Shown piece after piece: positions 20,158 to 29,526 of a DNA stretch of 64,000 nucleotides; the first letter of the stretch is position 1; each line of letters starts with the position of its first letter. A program made the translations under genes and the position numbers. The stretch comes from an uncultured delta proteobacterium. GTDB taxonomy: Bacteria; Desulfobacterota; Binatia; UBA9968. The stretch lies in the NCBI GenBank assembly GCA_963771465.1, contig CAVYTU010000001.1, forward strand, positions 59,279 to 123,278. The letters are read 5' to 3'. A model generated the notes under the pieces. That model was not told where the DNA came from and did no database searches. It was given only the letters and a program-made list of their open reading frames with translations.

Positions 20158-21201
20158 TTAGCCGCCCAGCCATGCGCCGAGGCGACGGCTAAATTCATCT
20201 CCGCCCCAATCCCGCACCAGGAAACGAGGTAGCTGAAAGCGATCGGTGGTCGGCTCGACAACTGCAGGAAAGTTCGCGCAAGCGCCGAGATAACCCGCAT
20301 GCGCGACGAACCCCGCTGTCTCCTCGGTATAATCCGACTTCGCACCGAATGGGTACGCAAAACTTCGGACTGGCCGGCCGAGGATTTCCTCTAGATTGCT
20401 TTTGCTCCGCTCTATTTCCACACGTTGAGCACGTGCTGGCAGATGGGAAAAAACCGGGTGGGTTACCGAATGCGAACCAACCTCGACCAGATCTCCTTCA
20501 GCAAGATCGATGACTTCCGCGGGCGAAAGTGCCGCGCGGTGGCTCAGCGGGACCGCTCCAGCACCTACCCATTTGGTCAACTCGTCCAATACATGACGTC
20601 GCTCAGCTTCATGTAAAGGGCGAAGCAGTCTGTGCAATTCGCGATACACTGACTGCCGCGGGCCGGGATCATGGCGCTCCGAGATATTCCAACGCCGCTC
20701 GCAAGCGCCTCGGCCACATGCGTTTGCCGATGGGCTCAAATTCCACTGATGAAGCTTTCCTGAAATATCCAAACTGAGGGTTGATGGTAAGGTGGCATAT
20801 TGAAGCAATACCTTCTCCAATTCATCCCACCAAAAATCTCGTTCGCCGCCGAGATAGCCCGTCGTGACAAAGACGGTTGCCGGTACATCATAACGTTCTA
20901 GTACCGGCTTGGCACTGATCAAGTTGTCCGCATAACCATCGTCAAAAGTCACGATCACGCCACGAGGAAGAGACTTTCCGTCGCGCACTGCGGTGATCAA
21001 ATCGAGAAGGCGAACGGGATAACCTTCTCTGCGCAGCACTTCAACTTGTTCGGCGAAATGGCGCGGCGTGACCGCAAGCAACTGCGGATCGGAAGCCAGA
21101 TCAGCCACGCGATGATACGCGAGAACAACCGGCCCGGGAAAAAAAAGATTGGTATACGGCTGCGCGAGCCGGCGCAATCTTCCGAGGCCCCGTATCGTCA
21201 T
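20158..21201 (-). CDS. Polysaccharide deacetylase (NodB/CE4)
   Basis: LAYHRV, VTFDDGY, VGSHSVTHP, FAYPFG, LPRF. Confidence 0.92.
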   Translation of the reverse strand: MTIRGLGRLRRLAQPYTNLFFPGPVVLAYHRVADLASDPQLLAVTPRHFAEQVEVLRREGYPVRLLDLITAVRDGKSLPRGVIVTFDDGYADNLISAKPVLERYDVPATVFVTTGYLGGERDFWWDELEKVLLQYATLPSTLSLDISGKLHQWNLSPSANACGRGACERRWNISERHDPGPRQSVYRELHRLLRPLHEAERRHVLDELTKWVGAGAVPLSHRAALSPAEVIDLAEGDLVEVGSHSVTHPVFSHLPARAQRVEIERSKSNLEEILGRPVRSFAYPFGAKSDYTEETAGFVAHAGYLGACANFPAVVEPTTDRFQLPRFLVRDWGGDEFSRRLGAWLGG

Positions 21202-21965
21202 AAACTGTCGACCTTCTTCACCGCTCTGACCGTAATCAACAACTCGTAATCAGGATCACGAAATTCAAGTTCGTCAGGGCGCAGCTCTTCCTGGGCTAAT
21301 CCGTGTAGAAACGCGTTTGCAGCGAGGACATTCCCATAGCTTTCAACGCTAACGTTCTCCGGCCCGAACACTTCTTCAAAAATCCTTCGCGCGGATGCTG
21401 TAGTAAACCGCCAGTAATCGCCCCATCGATCCATATCGTAACGACTGATTTGGCTGATACCCGGAACAGTCGCCAGGAGAACGCCGCCGGGCCCGAGAAT
21501 ACGGTGCAGCGACAAGATCGCGGCCTGAAAGTTGTAAATAAACTGCAAGGTCTGGGTAAAGATAATGCAGTCAAAACTGTCTGATGGAATAGAGTTCTCG
21601 CCGGCCAAATCGCCGACGAGCGTTGCTTTGGGATTTCCTTCCTGAACGTAAAGCACGTCCGATTTGATTACGCGATCGCGACCGAAACGAGTCGTGTAGG
21701 CATTATCTGCGACTTCGAGAACGCGGCCATGAATATCGCCTGCGTGCCGGCCGAGAAATTGTTCAATATAGTAGCGATCGATGCACAGGCCACGATCGAA
21801 TCCGAAGACCCGACTGACCGGCGTAACGCGTCGAAGATTTCCGAAACGGACCCAACCGATCAAGGGGGACAAGCACACAGCCCGCTGTTGCAATCGCAGC
21901 CATTGACGAATGGACGACGGCAATATTTGGCGAGCCAAATCTAGCGTTTGAGTGGTCGCGGTCAT
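21198..21965 (-). CDS. Class I SAM-dependent methyltransferase
   Basis: FGFDRG..IDRYYIE, GRVLEVAD, FDCIIFTQTLQFI, PGGVLLATVPG, DYWRFT. Confidence 0.88.
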   Translation of the reverse strand: MTATTQTLDLARQILPSSIRQWLRLQQRAVCLSPLIGWVRFGNLRRVTPVSRVFGFDRGLCIDRYYIEQFLGRHAGDIHGRVLEVADNAYTTRFGRDRVIKSDVLYVQEGNPKATLVGDLAGENSIPSDSFDCIIFTQTLQFIYNFQAAILSLHRILGPGGVLLATVPGISQISRYDMDRWGDYWRFTTASARRIFEEVFGPENVSVESYGNVLAANAFLHGLAQEELRPDELEFRDPDYELLITVRAVKKVDSL

Positions 21966-22003
21966 TGTGATTCAGACTGTCGCGCCGAACACGTTACAAG
22001 GAT

Positions 22004-23953
22004 TCAATGAACTTGCAACACCTGATACGGCCCGAAACGGCGTGCGAGACGAAACCGATTGTCGGCCGGAACGTCAACGTGTTGATGGGCGGCTTCATCT
22101 TTCGCAGTCGTGCTGGTTTGTACGATGCGGTATTCATCCTCAGATGAAACACCTTCCGCGCATTGATTCTTGTTGGTGATGTCATGTCGATGTTTGAACA
22201 GCAGATCAAAATCAGCTCCAACTTTATAGCGGGGGTCGATGCCGTGATAGGTAGCCATAAATCTGTAGATATAGGTCTGGTAACCGATCGCCACGTTCTG
22301 TTTACCGTATAATTTGATTTGGTCGGCTAAATAGTCGATGACCTGAATCTGCTCGCCCTTTCTTCCCGACCAGCCTTCAGTTAGCCATGCGCTAGCCCGC
22401 GCGAGCAGCAAGGAGTTGCCGGCGATCCCCATGATCACGAGAATGGAAACTATACGTGTGACAGTCGGGGAAAACCCCAGTTTGGACGGCAAATAAGTGA
22501 CGGCGGCGGCGAGGGTTATAACTTGCAGCGGCCACAACCACCAAAATCTTTCGAGACGCTCTAGCTCAGTCAATGCGAGCATAATCATCCACGGTACAAC
22601 GAGGCTGGTCACGAAAACTCCCATTCTCCACGGCCGCTGTGCGGCGCCTCCAACCAAAACCGCAACGAGTCGACCGAACCCACCGGCTATTGTCTGTTTA
22701 AGCATTACGAGTATAAAGCCCGCGAACAGAAATATCGCCTGCAGGATCCGTACGTTCATAAGCGTCGAAGCCTCCAACCTCTCGTCCATACTCAAAAAAC
22801 GCGCGACCGTGAGTTCATTCACCAATAGACCCAGGAGAAGCGCGGCGATACCAACATAATTAAGAATAACGGGCCAGGCGATCTTTCGGTTGGTCGACTC
22901 GAAGCTGAAATTGCTTAGGCTCTGAGCGAGCAAGAGGAAAAGTCCGATCACCATCAGTACGAGGAGCGCGGCGTCCACTCCGGAAAATTTTGCAGCATGA
23001 TGAAAATTAGCGATCAAAAGATGATTCATTATGAGACTGGCGCGGCCCCATAGTGGACTCAGTCCCTGGACGAAGTTGCGCCAAATACCGTCGTAACGGT
23101 TCGGCGGTGGTGGCGCGGTGAAAACCGCGGAGGCGGAACCGTTCTCCCAGCTTTTCGGCGCCAAGCCTGGATCACACCAAAATTCCTTGAAATTGCTCAA
23201 GCGCATTTGTTGACGATAGACTTGGGATTTAAGATCGGCGAAATCTCGGCTTGCTTCGAATCGCAGATAAGGGTACCAAACAGCTGCAGCAAGAACCGTG
23301 ATGAACGCTATGGGTGCCAACCGCACCGGAGGACGATAGAGAAACCAAACTACGGGAATAATGAATAAAGCCGGCGCCATCTCTAAAAACATGTACATCC
23401 CGACAGCCCAGATGAAAGCGGCGGCCGCTAGATACCATGGGTTCTTCCTTTCCACCCACTTTCCAATCCAGTAGCTCATCCACACGTAAAAAAAAGGGTG
23501 AGAGCGCACCCAGGAGCTTTGGGCAAATAACAAACCCAACTCCGACAAACCCCACAGCGTCACGGCCAAGTAGGCGCATGCGGTTCCGAAAAAGTCACGC
23601 GCAAGAAAGAAAATACCAAACAAAGTTCCGACATATAGCAAAGCGGACGCGGGGAACTCAAAAAGTCGAGGATCGCTGAAACTCACCGCACCTGGAATCA
23701 TCAACCAGGTGATTCCGGGCGGCGTGTAGGAGCCAAAGCTCGTCAAGGTGCCTTTGTGCGGAATCTCCCCTGCGTTTACGAACGCCTGGGCGTCATCCAT
23801 GTAAGGGATCAGATCGAAATTGAAGGTCCTTGTATTCCATCCCTGAAAAGCCAACAGCAAGCCGACCGCCGCGACGAGACCAATAAGAATTGTGGAACAA
23901 ACGATAGGCTTCGGCAGATTCATTCTCTCGGCTGCCATAACGGGTATTGTCAA
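22004..23953 (-). CDS. Multi-pass membrane protein, possible GT-C (ArnT/PMT-like) transferase
   Basis: Many TM helices. N-terminal periplasmic loop FNFDLIPYMDD...GSYTPPG, and a soluble C-terminal domain. Confidence 0.65.
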   Translation of the reverse strand: MTIPVMAAERMNLPKPIVCSTILIGLVAAVGLLLAFQGWNTRTFNFDLIPYMDDAQAFVNAGEIPHKGTLTSFGSYTPPGITWLMIPGAVSFSDPRLFEFPASALLYVGTLFGIFFLARDFFGTACAYLAVTLWGLSELGLLFAQSSWVRSHPFFYVWMSYWIGKWVERKNPWYLAAAAFIWAVGMYMFLEMAPALFIIPVVWFLYRPPVRLAPIAFITVLAAAVWYPYLRFEASRDFADLKSQVYRQQMRLSNFKEFWCDPGLAPKSWENGSASAVFTAPPPPNRYDGIWRNFVQGLSPLWGRASLIMNHLLIANFHHAAKFSGVDAALLVLMVIGLFLLLAQSLSNFSFESTNRKIAWPVILNYVGIAALLLGLLVNELTVARFLSMDERLEASTLMNVRILQAIFLFAGFILVMLKQTIAGGFGRLVAVLVGGAAQRPWRMGVFVTSLVVPWMIMLALTELERLERFWWLWPLQVITLAAAVTYLPSKLGFSPTVTRIVSILVIMGIAGNSLLLARASAWLTEGWSGRKGEQIQVIDYLADQIKLYGKQNVAIGYQTYIYRFMATYHGIDPRYKVGADFDLLFKHRHDITNKNQCAEGVSSEDEYRIVQTSTTAKDEAAHQHVDVPADNRFRLARRFGPYQVLQVH

Positions 23954-24124
23954 TCTCTCGAAGCTCGTCGCCGCATACTCATCGACACCGGTCCCTCTGC
24001 AGATTCCAGATGGGAATTTGTAGAATTGAGCCGGGATAGTGAAGGTAGGTCAATTAGGTGCTGCTCATCTTACACCGGCAGGCACCACGAACAGCGGCAT
24101 GTTCCTAAGCGCGTAGTGTCGGTC

Positions 24125-25114
24125 TTAATTCCTCAGGGTCGTAGCGCAAGCCGTCTTAATTCGATTGCTCAAATAGGTCGCGGCCTCAGTCAGGAGACTT
24201 CGGCTCACGGCGCTGTAATACGCCGGGATAAATGGCAGCGCGAAGGCTGCTTTAACCCATACGGGGAACGAAAGTCGCTGCCGATAAATGCCGCTCCAAC
24301 GTTCGTAATAACAACCCCAGTTCATTCGATCGATGGTATCTTTTACCTCCCGCCATTCGGCGGGGTGAGCGGCAGCAAATTGCTGAAGCTTTGGATCGGA
24401 ATTGACGAATTGCAATAATTCTCGGGTTGCCCGGGCTATATCGTCGATGCTGATAGACAATCCATGGCTTGCTTGATAGACCCGAAAGCGGAAGGTCGCG
24501 CGCGAACTCATGGCAACATGATTGTCTAAGCAAAGCTTCACCACCAGAGCATCATCATGGCTATGGCCTCTCCATAATTCCGGGTATCCGCCGCACGCCC
24601 TTAAGGCCTGAGTCCGGGAAAAAAACGACGCGAGTCCGGCAAATTTGTATTGAGAGGTTCGCCATAAGCTTTGGATAAATTCCGGACCGCTGACGATAGG
24701 CGGAAGATCGTCGCTTGAAGTTCTGATCGTCTTTCCGGACTCGTCCATGATTTCCTGTCTCGACAAAGCAACCGACGCGCTGGGATAACGGGCCAACAAG
24801 GCGGCCATTTCGGAGACGAAATTGGGGCTGATTTCATCATCATCGCACAAAATCATGAAATATTTTCCTGATGCCCGCTGTATAATCTGATTGAAATGGG
24901 TCGGCATGCTGACAATGGAAGGGCTTTGGCGAAATTTAAAAGGTTTCGAATAGTGTCGCCGAACCAGCTGCGGCACCTCGCCGCCGTTGAGCCCGTTATC
25001 CGACACTATCAGTTCGATCGCGGGATAGTTTTGTTCGCTGACGCTTCGAAGAACGTTCGGAAGAAATCCAAGTCGCTTGTAGACAGGAACACCGATAGTA
25101 ACTAAGTCGCTCAT
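24125..25114 (-). CDS. GT2 glycosyltransferase
   Basis: VTIGVPVYKR, IVSDNG, GKYFMILCDDD. Confidence 0.9.
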   Translation of the reverse strand: MSDLVTIGVPVYKRLGFLPNVLRSVSEQNYPAIELIVSDNGLNGGEVPQLVRRHYSKPFKFRQSPSIVSMPTHFNQIIQRASGKYFMILCDDDEISPNFVSEMAALLARYPSASVALSRQEIMDESGKTIRTSSDDLPPIVSGPEFIQSLWRTSQYKFAGLASFFSRTQALRACGGYPELWRGHSHDDALVVKLCLDNHVAMSSRATFRFRVYQASHGLSISIDDIARATRELLQFVNSDPKLQQFAAAHPAEWREVKDTIDRMNWGCYYERWSGIYRQRLSFPVWVKAAFALPFIPAYYSAVSRSLLTEAATYLSNRIKTACATTLRN

Positions 25115-25133
25115 AAAGGTTCAGCCACAGGAT

Positions 25134-26060
25134 TTAGCAGCCAGAGGGCGCTTCAGCGCCTGATTCTTCTCTGAGCTTGCCGCCTTCACGGTGGCGAGCC
25201 GGCTTTACCAACCCGTCAGCCGCCGAATACAACGGATGGTCGAAGAAATGGGCCAGATAAACCATGTCCACCCATTCTTGTTGATCGTATGGCTTGGGCA
25301 GAAAATACTTGAGGCCGTACATCGGCGAGATTTTTCTCATCGCGTGCGCCGCGTTAAACTCCCGGATGGCTAAACGCTCGCCCGTGAAATCCGAATAGAT
25401 ATGCCCCAAAATATCGTCGAAGTAACAGTAGATGCGCGGCAGAAGAATTTTTCTATCCGCCTCAAAAAGCTTAAATGCCTGCATCGTTGAACTGTAATAA
25501 TCGAGATCAAAAGAAATGAACCCGACCGGAGCGGGATTAGAAGCCAGAAATGCTGGGAGGGTATTTTCGACCGGACCCAGCACCAGCTCCGCCCTTGTAA
25601 GACGCTTTTTAAGCCGTCCCACGTCCATGGGAAATGCTCCTTCCACCCACAAACTGGGCAGGTCGCGATAATCGGTCGGCTTGGGCAATCCAATCCCGGT
25701 GTCGAAACCGTAGACACTGATACCAACGCCTAAAATCGCCTCGACCTTTTCGGCTATCTGATCGAGGGCAACCAAACCATTGCCTCCCGCCACGCCAAAC
25801 TCGATCACCGATACCCGTTTCATACCGAGCGCTTTGGCAAGATGCGCAGCTTGCAAAACGCCCCACGCGTAATTAGGTCTGAAACCTGATGTGCTTTCCT
25901 GATGGATTTGCGTGAGTAACGAATTCAACCAAGGATAAGCAAGATCGCTATCTTCAGTTATCTTGGGACTCACGACGACCGGTTCTTCCGCCCAATTTTT
26001 CAGCAACCGAATGCCTCCGAGTGTTTTTCTAAGCAGCCCCTTCGTCACCTTTTTTAACAT
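25134..26060 (-). CDS. TylF/MycF-like methyltransferase-fold protein
   Basis: IEFGVAGGNG, YGFDTG.GLP, FISFDLDYYSST, YFDD, GERLAIREFN. AGGAGG SD. Confidence 0.8.
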   Translation of the reverse strand: MLKKVTKGLLRKTLGGIRLLKNWAEEPVVVSPKITEDSDLAYPWLNSLLTQIHQESTSGFRPNYAWGVLQAAHLAKALGMKRVSVIEFGVAGGNGLVALDQIAEKVEAILGVGISVYGFDTGIGLPKPTDYRDLPSLWVEGAFPMDVGRLKKRLTRAELVLGPVENTLPAFLASNPAPVGFISFDLDYYSSTMQAFKLFEADRKILLPRIYCYFDDILGHIYSDFTGERLAIREFNAAHAMRKISPMYGLKYFLPKPYDQQEWVDMVYLAHFFDHPLYSAADGLVKPARHREGGKLREESGAEAPSGC

Positions 26061-26116
26061 GCATCTCCTCCTTCCTAGAAAATTTTTTCTGTCACGATTA
26101 CAGCTTATAGGATTTA

Positions 26117-27172
26117 TCACTCATTCAATGGCGTGTTGATCTCCACTACCTTTCCCGAATACGCCTTTGGATCATCCAAGACCCACCGACTTTCTACCAC
26201 GATCCGACTACCGTCGCGGGCGGCATGCACCAGCTTGCCTTCCCATTTTCCGTTTTGAAGGAGTATGGCATCGATCTTTTCCAACGGTTCGGGAAACTCC
26301 GTCCGGAGAAGGTTATGGCTTACCTTGCCTAGGGCCTCCTCTTTCCTCCAGCCATACAATCGCTCTGCGCCATAATTCCAGAAATTAATTTTACCATCTA
26401 TGGTGCGAGTCATGACGATGTCTTTACTGTCAGATTCTTCAGTTGACAAACGATTGATGATGAAGGCTTTGCCGTCCCAGCCAAATTCTTTGTACGGTGT
26501 TGCCTTCAGGCGCGGATTTCGTTCCAGCCATTCGTTGAAAGCTTTCTGTTCTCCCAATTCTTCACGGTTTGCAAAACAATACCAATCATCGAAAATGATT
26601 ATACTGCCATCTACAAGATAGGGTTCGACGAAGGTCAAAACCGGCACTGTTGACTCATAGACATCACAATCCACATTTACGATGGCCGCAGCCCGGAGAG
26701 CGAGTTTTTCTTCCGTTTCATGATTGAGTGTATCCGAGTACCAGCCGGGGATCAGCTCCACTCGGCTCATATCCACATCGGCGTGCACAAGGTTGTTACG
26801 CACCTCGAGCAAGCCGCCGGAAAAAATTCCCGGCGGAAACGCTTTTGCTTCACTCTTGTTCACATTGAGTGTAGGAATTCCTTGAAAAGAATCGAAGCCG
26901 TAGAACTTCATATCCGACAGCGATCCAAAGCGTTTGGAAAGATGATAGGCGGCAATCATGCTACCACCCATCCACATGCCAAATTCGAGATAGTCGCCTT
27001 TCACCTCGGCCCAATGCACGTATTCGAGACATGCACTGAGCATTGCCTCTTTTCGGTTATATTGCACCAGCTCCTGGATTTTAGGTAGGTACTTATGTCG
27101 CACCGCTGGCTTGTTTAAGTAGTTGATAATCGGTCGAGCGATAAATTTGAGAAGTCTAGACAAAATTTTCAT
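26117..27172 (-). CDS. TylF/MycF/NovP O-methyltransferase fused to a terminal PAS domain
   Basis: GDYLEFG, YGFDSFQG, GWYSDTL, VNVDCDVYES, IIFDDW, GEQKAFNEW. Then PAS: INFWNYGAERLYGW...WEGKL...RDG...SRW. Confidence 0.9.
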   Translation of the reverse strand: MKILSRLLKFIARPIINYLNKPAVRHKYLPKIQELVQYNRKEAMLSACLEYVHWAEVKGDYLEFGMWMGGSMIAAYHLSKRFGSLSDMKFYGFDSFQGIPTLNVNKSEAKAFPPGIFSGGLLEVRNNLVHADVDMSRVELIPGWYSDTLNHETEEKLALRAAAIVNVDCDVYESTVPVLTFVEPYLVDGSIIIFDDWYCFANREELGEQKAFNEWLERNPRLKATPYKEFGWDGKAFIINRLSTEESDSKDIVMTRTIDGKINFWNYGAERLYGWRKEEALGKVSHNLLRTEFPEPLEKIDAILLQNGKWEGKLVHAARDGSRIVVESRWVLDDPKAYSGKVVEINTPLNE

Positions 27173-27242
27173 CCTCTTGGCAGGAGATTACTTTAGATCC
27201 ACCTGTCTGGCTATTATGAGTGACCTAAAGCGGTGGACTGCT

Positions 27243-28217
27243 CTAAGCAACGAGTGGAGAGTCCCAATGGGACGTGCTTTGTAACCGCTCTCTGTACCAA
27301 TCGATCGTATGCGCCAAACCCGTTTTCAACGGCGTCCGTGGCTTCCAGCCGAGCTTTGCATCGGCGGCGCTCATGTCCGCCACCCGCACGGGTTCAGCGG
27401 GCCGGTCCGGCAGCGCGTTGAATTGCGGCGCCACTTCAGCATCCATTAGCTCGACGATCTGATTAACTACGACGCGAATCGGGACAAGCACACCCGAGCC
27501 GAGATCGATCGTCTGCCCTTCGATGTCCGGCGCGCTTGCCGCGGCCAGAAAGCCGTCGATGACATCGTCAATGTAAACCCAGTCGATTTCTTGGCGGCCG
27601 CTTGAGAGCGTCGGCGCCTGATTTTTTAGCAGCGACAGTATTACGTGAGGGATCAGCTTCCGTTCGTCCTGACGGGGACCATACGTCATAAACGGTCGCA
27701 CCATGACCACCGGAAAATTGTAAAGCTTATGAAACATTCGCGCATAGGCGCCGCTCGCCCACTTGGCTGCGGCATAAGGCGAACCCGGTGTAATGTCAGA
27801 TCCGTCCTGCGGCGGCTCGGTCAAGGAAGCCGCAAGAATCAACCGGCGGCAACCGACATCTGTGGCGGCCGTGAGCAGATTAACGGTACTGACAAGTAAG
27901 CTATGGAAGGTCGGCAAAACCAATTCGCACTCGGGATGGGCAGTCGCCAAACCGGAGAGATGAAAAATAGTGTCAGGTTTGATCTCCTGCAATAAGCTGC
28001 GCGCACTGGCACCATCGGCCATATCGCCTTGCCACCAGCGAATGCTATCGGCTTCTGAATCACGCCGACCACGGGAAACGGCATGAATCTCCGCGCCCTC
28101 TTTGACTAAGCTGCGGCACAAATGAGAGCCGAGAAATCCACTGGCCCCCGTGACGACAATTTTTGCCGCGGTAAGGTTCCTTGGCCGAAATTGCGCATGT
28201 GTCTTGCCTGCTGTCAT
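27243..28217 (-). CDS. NAD-dependent epimerase/dehydratase
   Basis: TGASGFLGSH, SPYAAAK, RPFMTYGP, DWVYIDDV. Confidence 0.9.
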   Translation of the reverse strand: MTAGKTHAQFRPRNLTAAKIVVTGASGFLGSHLCRSLVKEGAEIHAVSRGRRDSEADSIRWWQGDMADGASARSLLQEIKPDTIFHLSGLATAHPECELVLPTFHSLLVSTVNLLTAATDVGCRRLILAASLTEPPQDGSDITPGSPYAAAKWASGAYARMFHKLYNFPVVMVRPFMTYGPRQDERKLIPHVILSLLKNQAPTLSSGRQEIDWVYIDDVIDGFLAAASAPDIEGQTIDLGSGVLVPIRVVVNQIVELMDAEVAPQFNALPDRPAEPVRVADMSAADAKLGWKPRTPLKTGLAHTIDWYRERLQSTSHWDSPLVA

Positions 28218-28248
28218 TCGCTTACTTTTTCGCGCGGCTAAAGGCGGA

Positions 28249-29076
28249 TTAGCTAAGAACGGCGAATCTTCCAAGTGCCTGAGTTAAACCTTCTGGCGTA
28301 CCGATATCGCAGTATGGCTTGGCGGAAACCGTTACGGCTTGGGTCCGCACCCCATCGCTTATTGCGGCCTGAATCACGTGGCCTACAGAAAGCTCCGATG
28401 GAGTGGTCGCAAACTTTTTCTTGGCTGCGAGATAAGCGTGCATGAACTCCGTGAAAGCAGGCGTCCAAACGGCGACGTCCCAGCTGTATTGCAATTGAGT
28501 TTCTCGCGGTTGAATGAGCAGGTTCGTCACCCGGCCATCTTCTGTAATCTCAACCATATCCATTTTTTGTGGCCGGTCTGCGGGGAAAACGCCCAAGACA
28601 ATATCCGCGTGGCCGCGCGCCTGCTGTGAAAGCAATTCACAGAAAGCATCGTCTCCTTCAAACAGAATATCGGGAAACCCAAAAGCGACGACTGAATGGC
28701 GCACGAACGGATAAGCTTCATCTAAAGTATAAGGAGGACCCGAAGTCGCGCCAACGACACAATAGCCGAGATGCATGCCAAGCATCGATCCATCGCGCAA
28801 ATATGCCGGAATGTCCCATTTTCCTTCTCGTACCACGATATAGGCCTTGGTAATATCCGCCCGCCGCATCTTCTCTAGTAAGTAATGACACGCCACCTTT
28901 GGCCGTTGCTCGTTTCCATCAGCGCCCCGCTTCCATCCAATCGGGTACAACTCCTTACTAAAAGGTAGCGGTGCCAAGCGGGTTGCATGCCCGGCCGCGG
29001 GAATGAGACCCAGCACTTCGTTAGGACGCGCGATTGGACCCGTGCTCCTGCTTGCAAATAGCGGTTCCGAGTTCAT
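28249..29076 (-). CDS. Sugar-1-phosphate nucleotidyltransferase (RmlA-like)
   Basis: GLIPAAGHATRL.PLPFSKEL, FGFPDILF, DIGTPE. Confidence 0.88.
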   Translation of the reverse strand: MNSEPLFASRSTGPIARPNEVLGLIPAAGHATRLAPLPFSKELYPIGWKRGADGNEQRPKVACHYLLEKMRRADITKAYIVVREGKWDIPAYLRDGSMLGMHLGYCVVGATSGPPYTLDEAYPFVRHSVVAFGFPDILFEGDDAFCELLSQQARGHADIVLGVFPADRPQKMDMVEITEDGRVTNLLIQPRETQLQYSWDVAVWTPAFTEFMHAYLAAKKKFATTPSELSVGHVIQAAISDGVRTQAVTVSAKPYCDIGTPEGLTQALGRFAVLS

Positions 29077-29204
29077 AACTAAACAGGAAAACAAGATGAG
29101 CAATCGGAGTGGCCGGCATCACATGACTCTTGCTCCGCACCGCCGCAAAGCGATGGCTCAGAGAGCAACCGCGGTTGTTGGATGATGGCGGCCGTATTTG
29201 AGAC

Positions 29205-29520
29205 GTAATACCGCCTCGATATGCTCTGGAGTTTTGGGCGCATCCGACAAACTCACGATCCATTCGTCGACTTGAGAAGCATAACTGAAGCGGCGTCGGC
29301 GATTTAGAGGTTCTTTACCATGCCGTTCTTAGCCGTCGGTATGTACTTACCGCGCATTTCGGCGCAACCGAGCGTCTCGACAGCGACTATCCTGCTTCAT
29401 CAGGATGGCGACACCGACCAAGCCGTAGTCGCCCTATTTGTCCTTGACTATCGCGACAACCAGCGACCGCGCTCCTTGCGCCACAAACTCATAGCAACCT
29501 GCGAATGCACACTCTCATCC
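29205..29520 (-). pseudogene. Decayed C-terminal part of an FkbH-like (HAD-IIIC/GNAT) protein
   Basis: VKDK*GDYGLVGVAIL (29401-29460) and LGCAEMRGKYIPTAKNGMVKNL* match the FkbH motifs DKFGDYGLVG and GEYIPTxKNxxVKxxY. Stops replace the aromatic codons and there is an internal deletion. Confidence 0.7.
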
Positions 29521-29526
29521 GATTAG

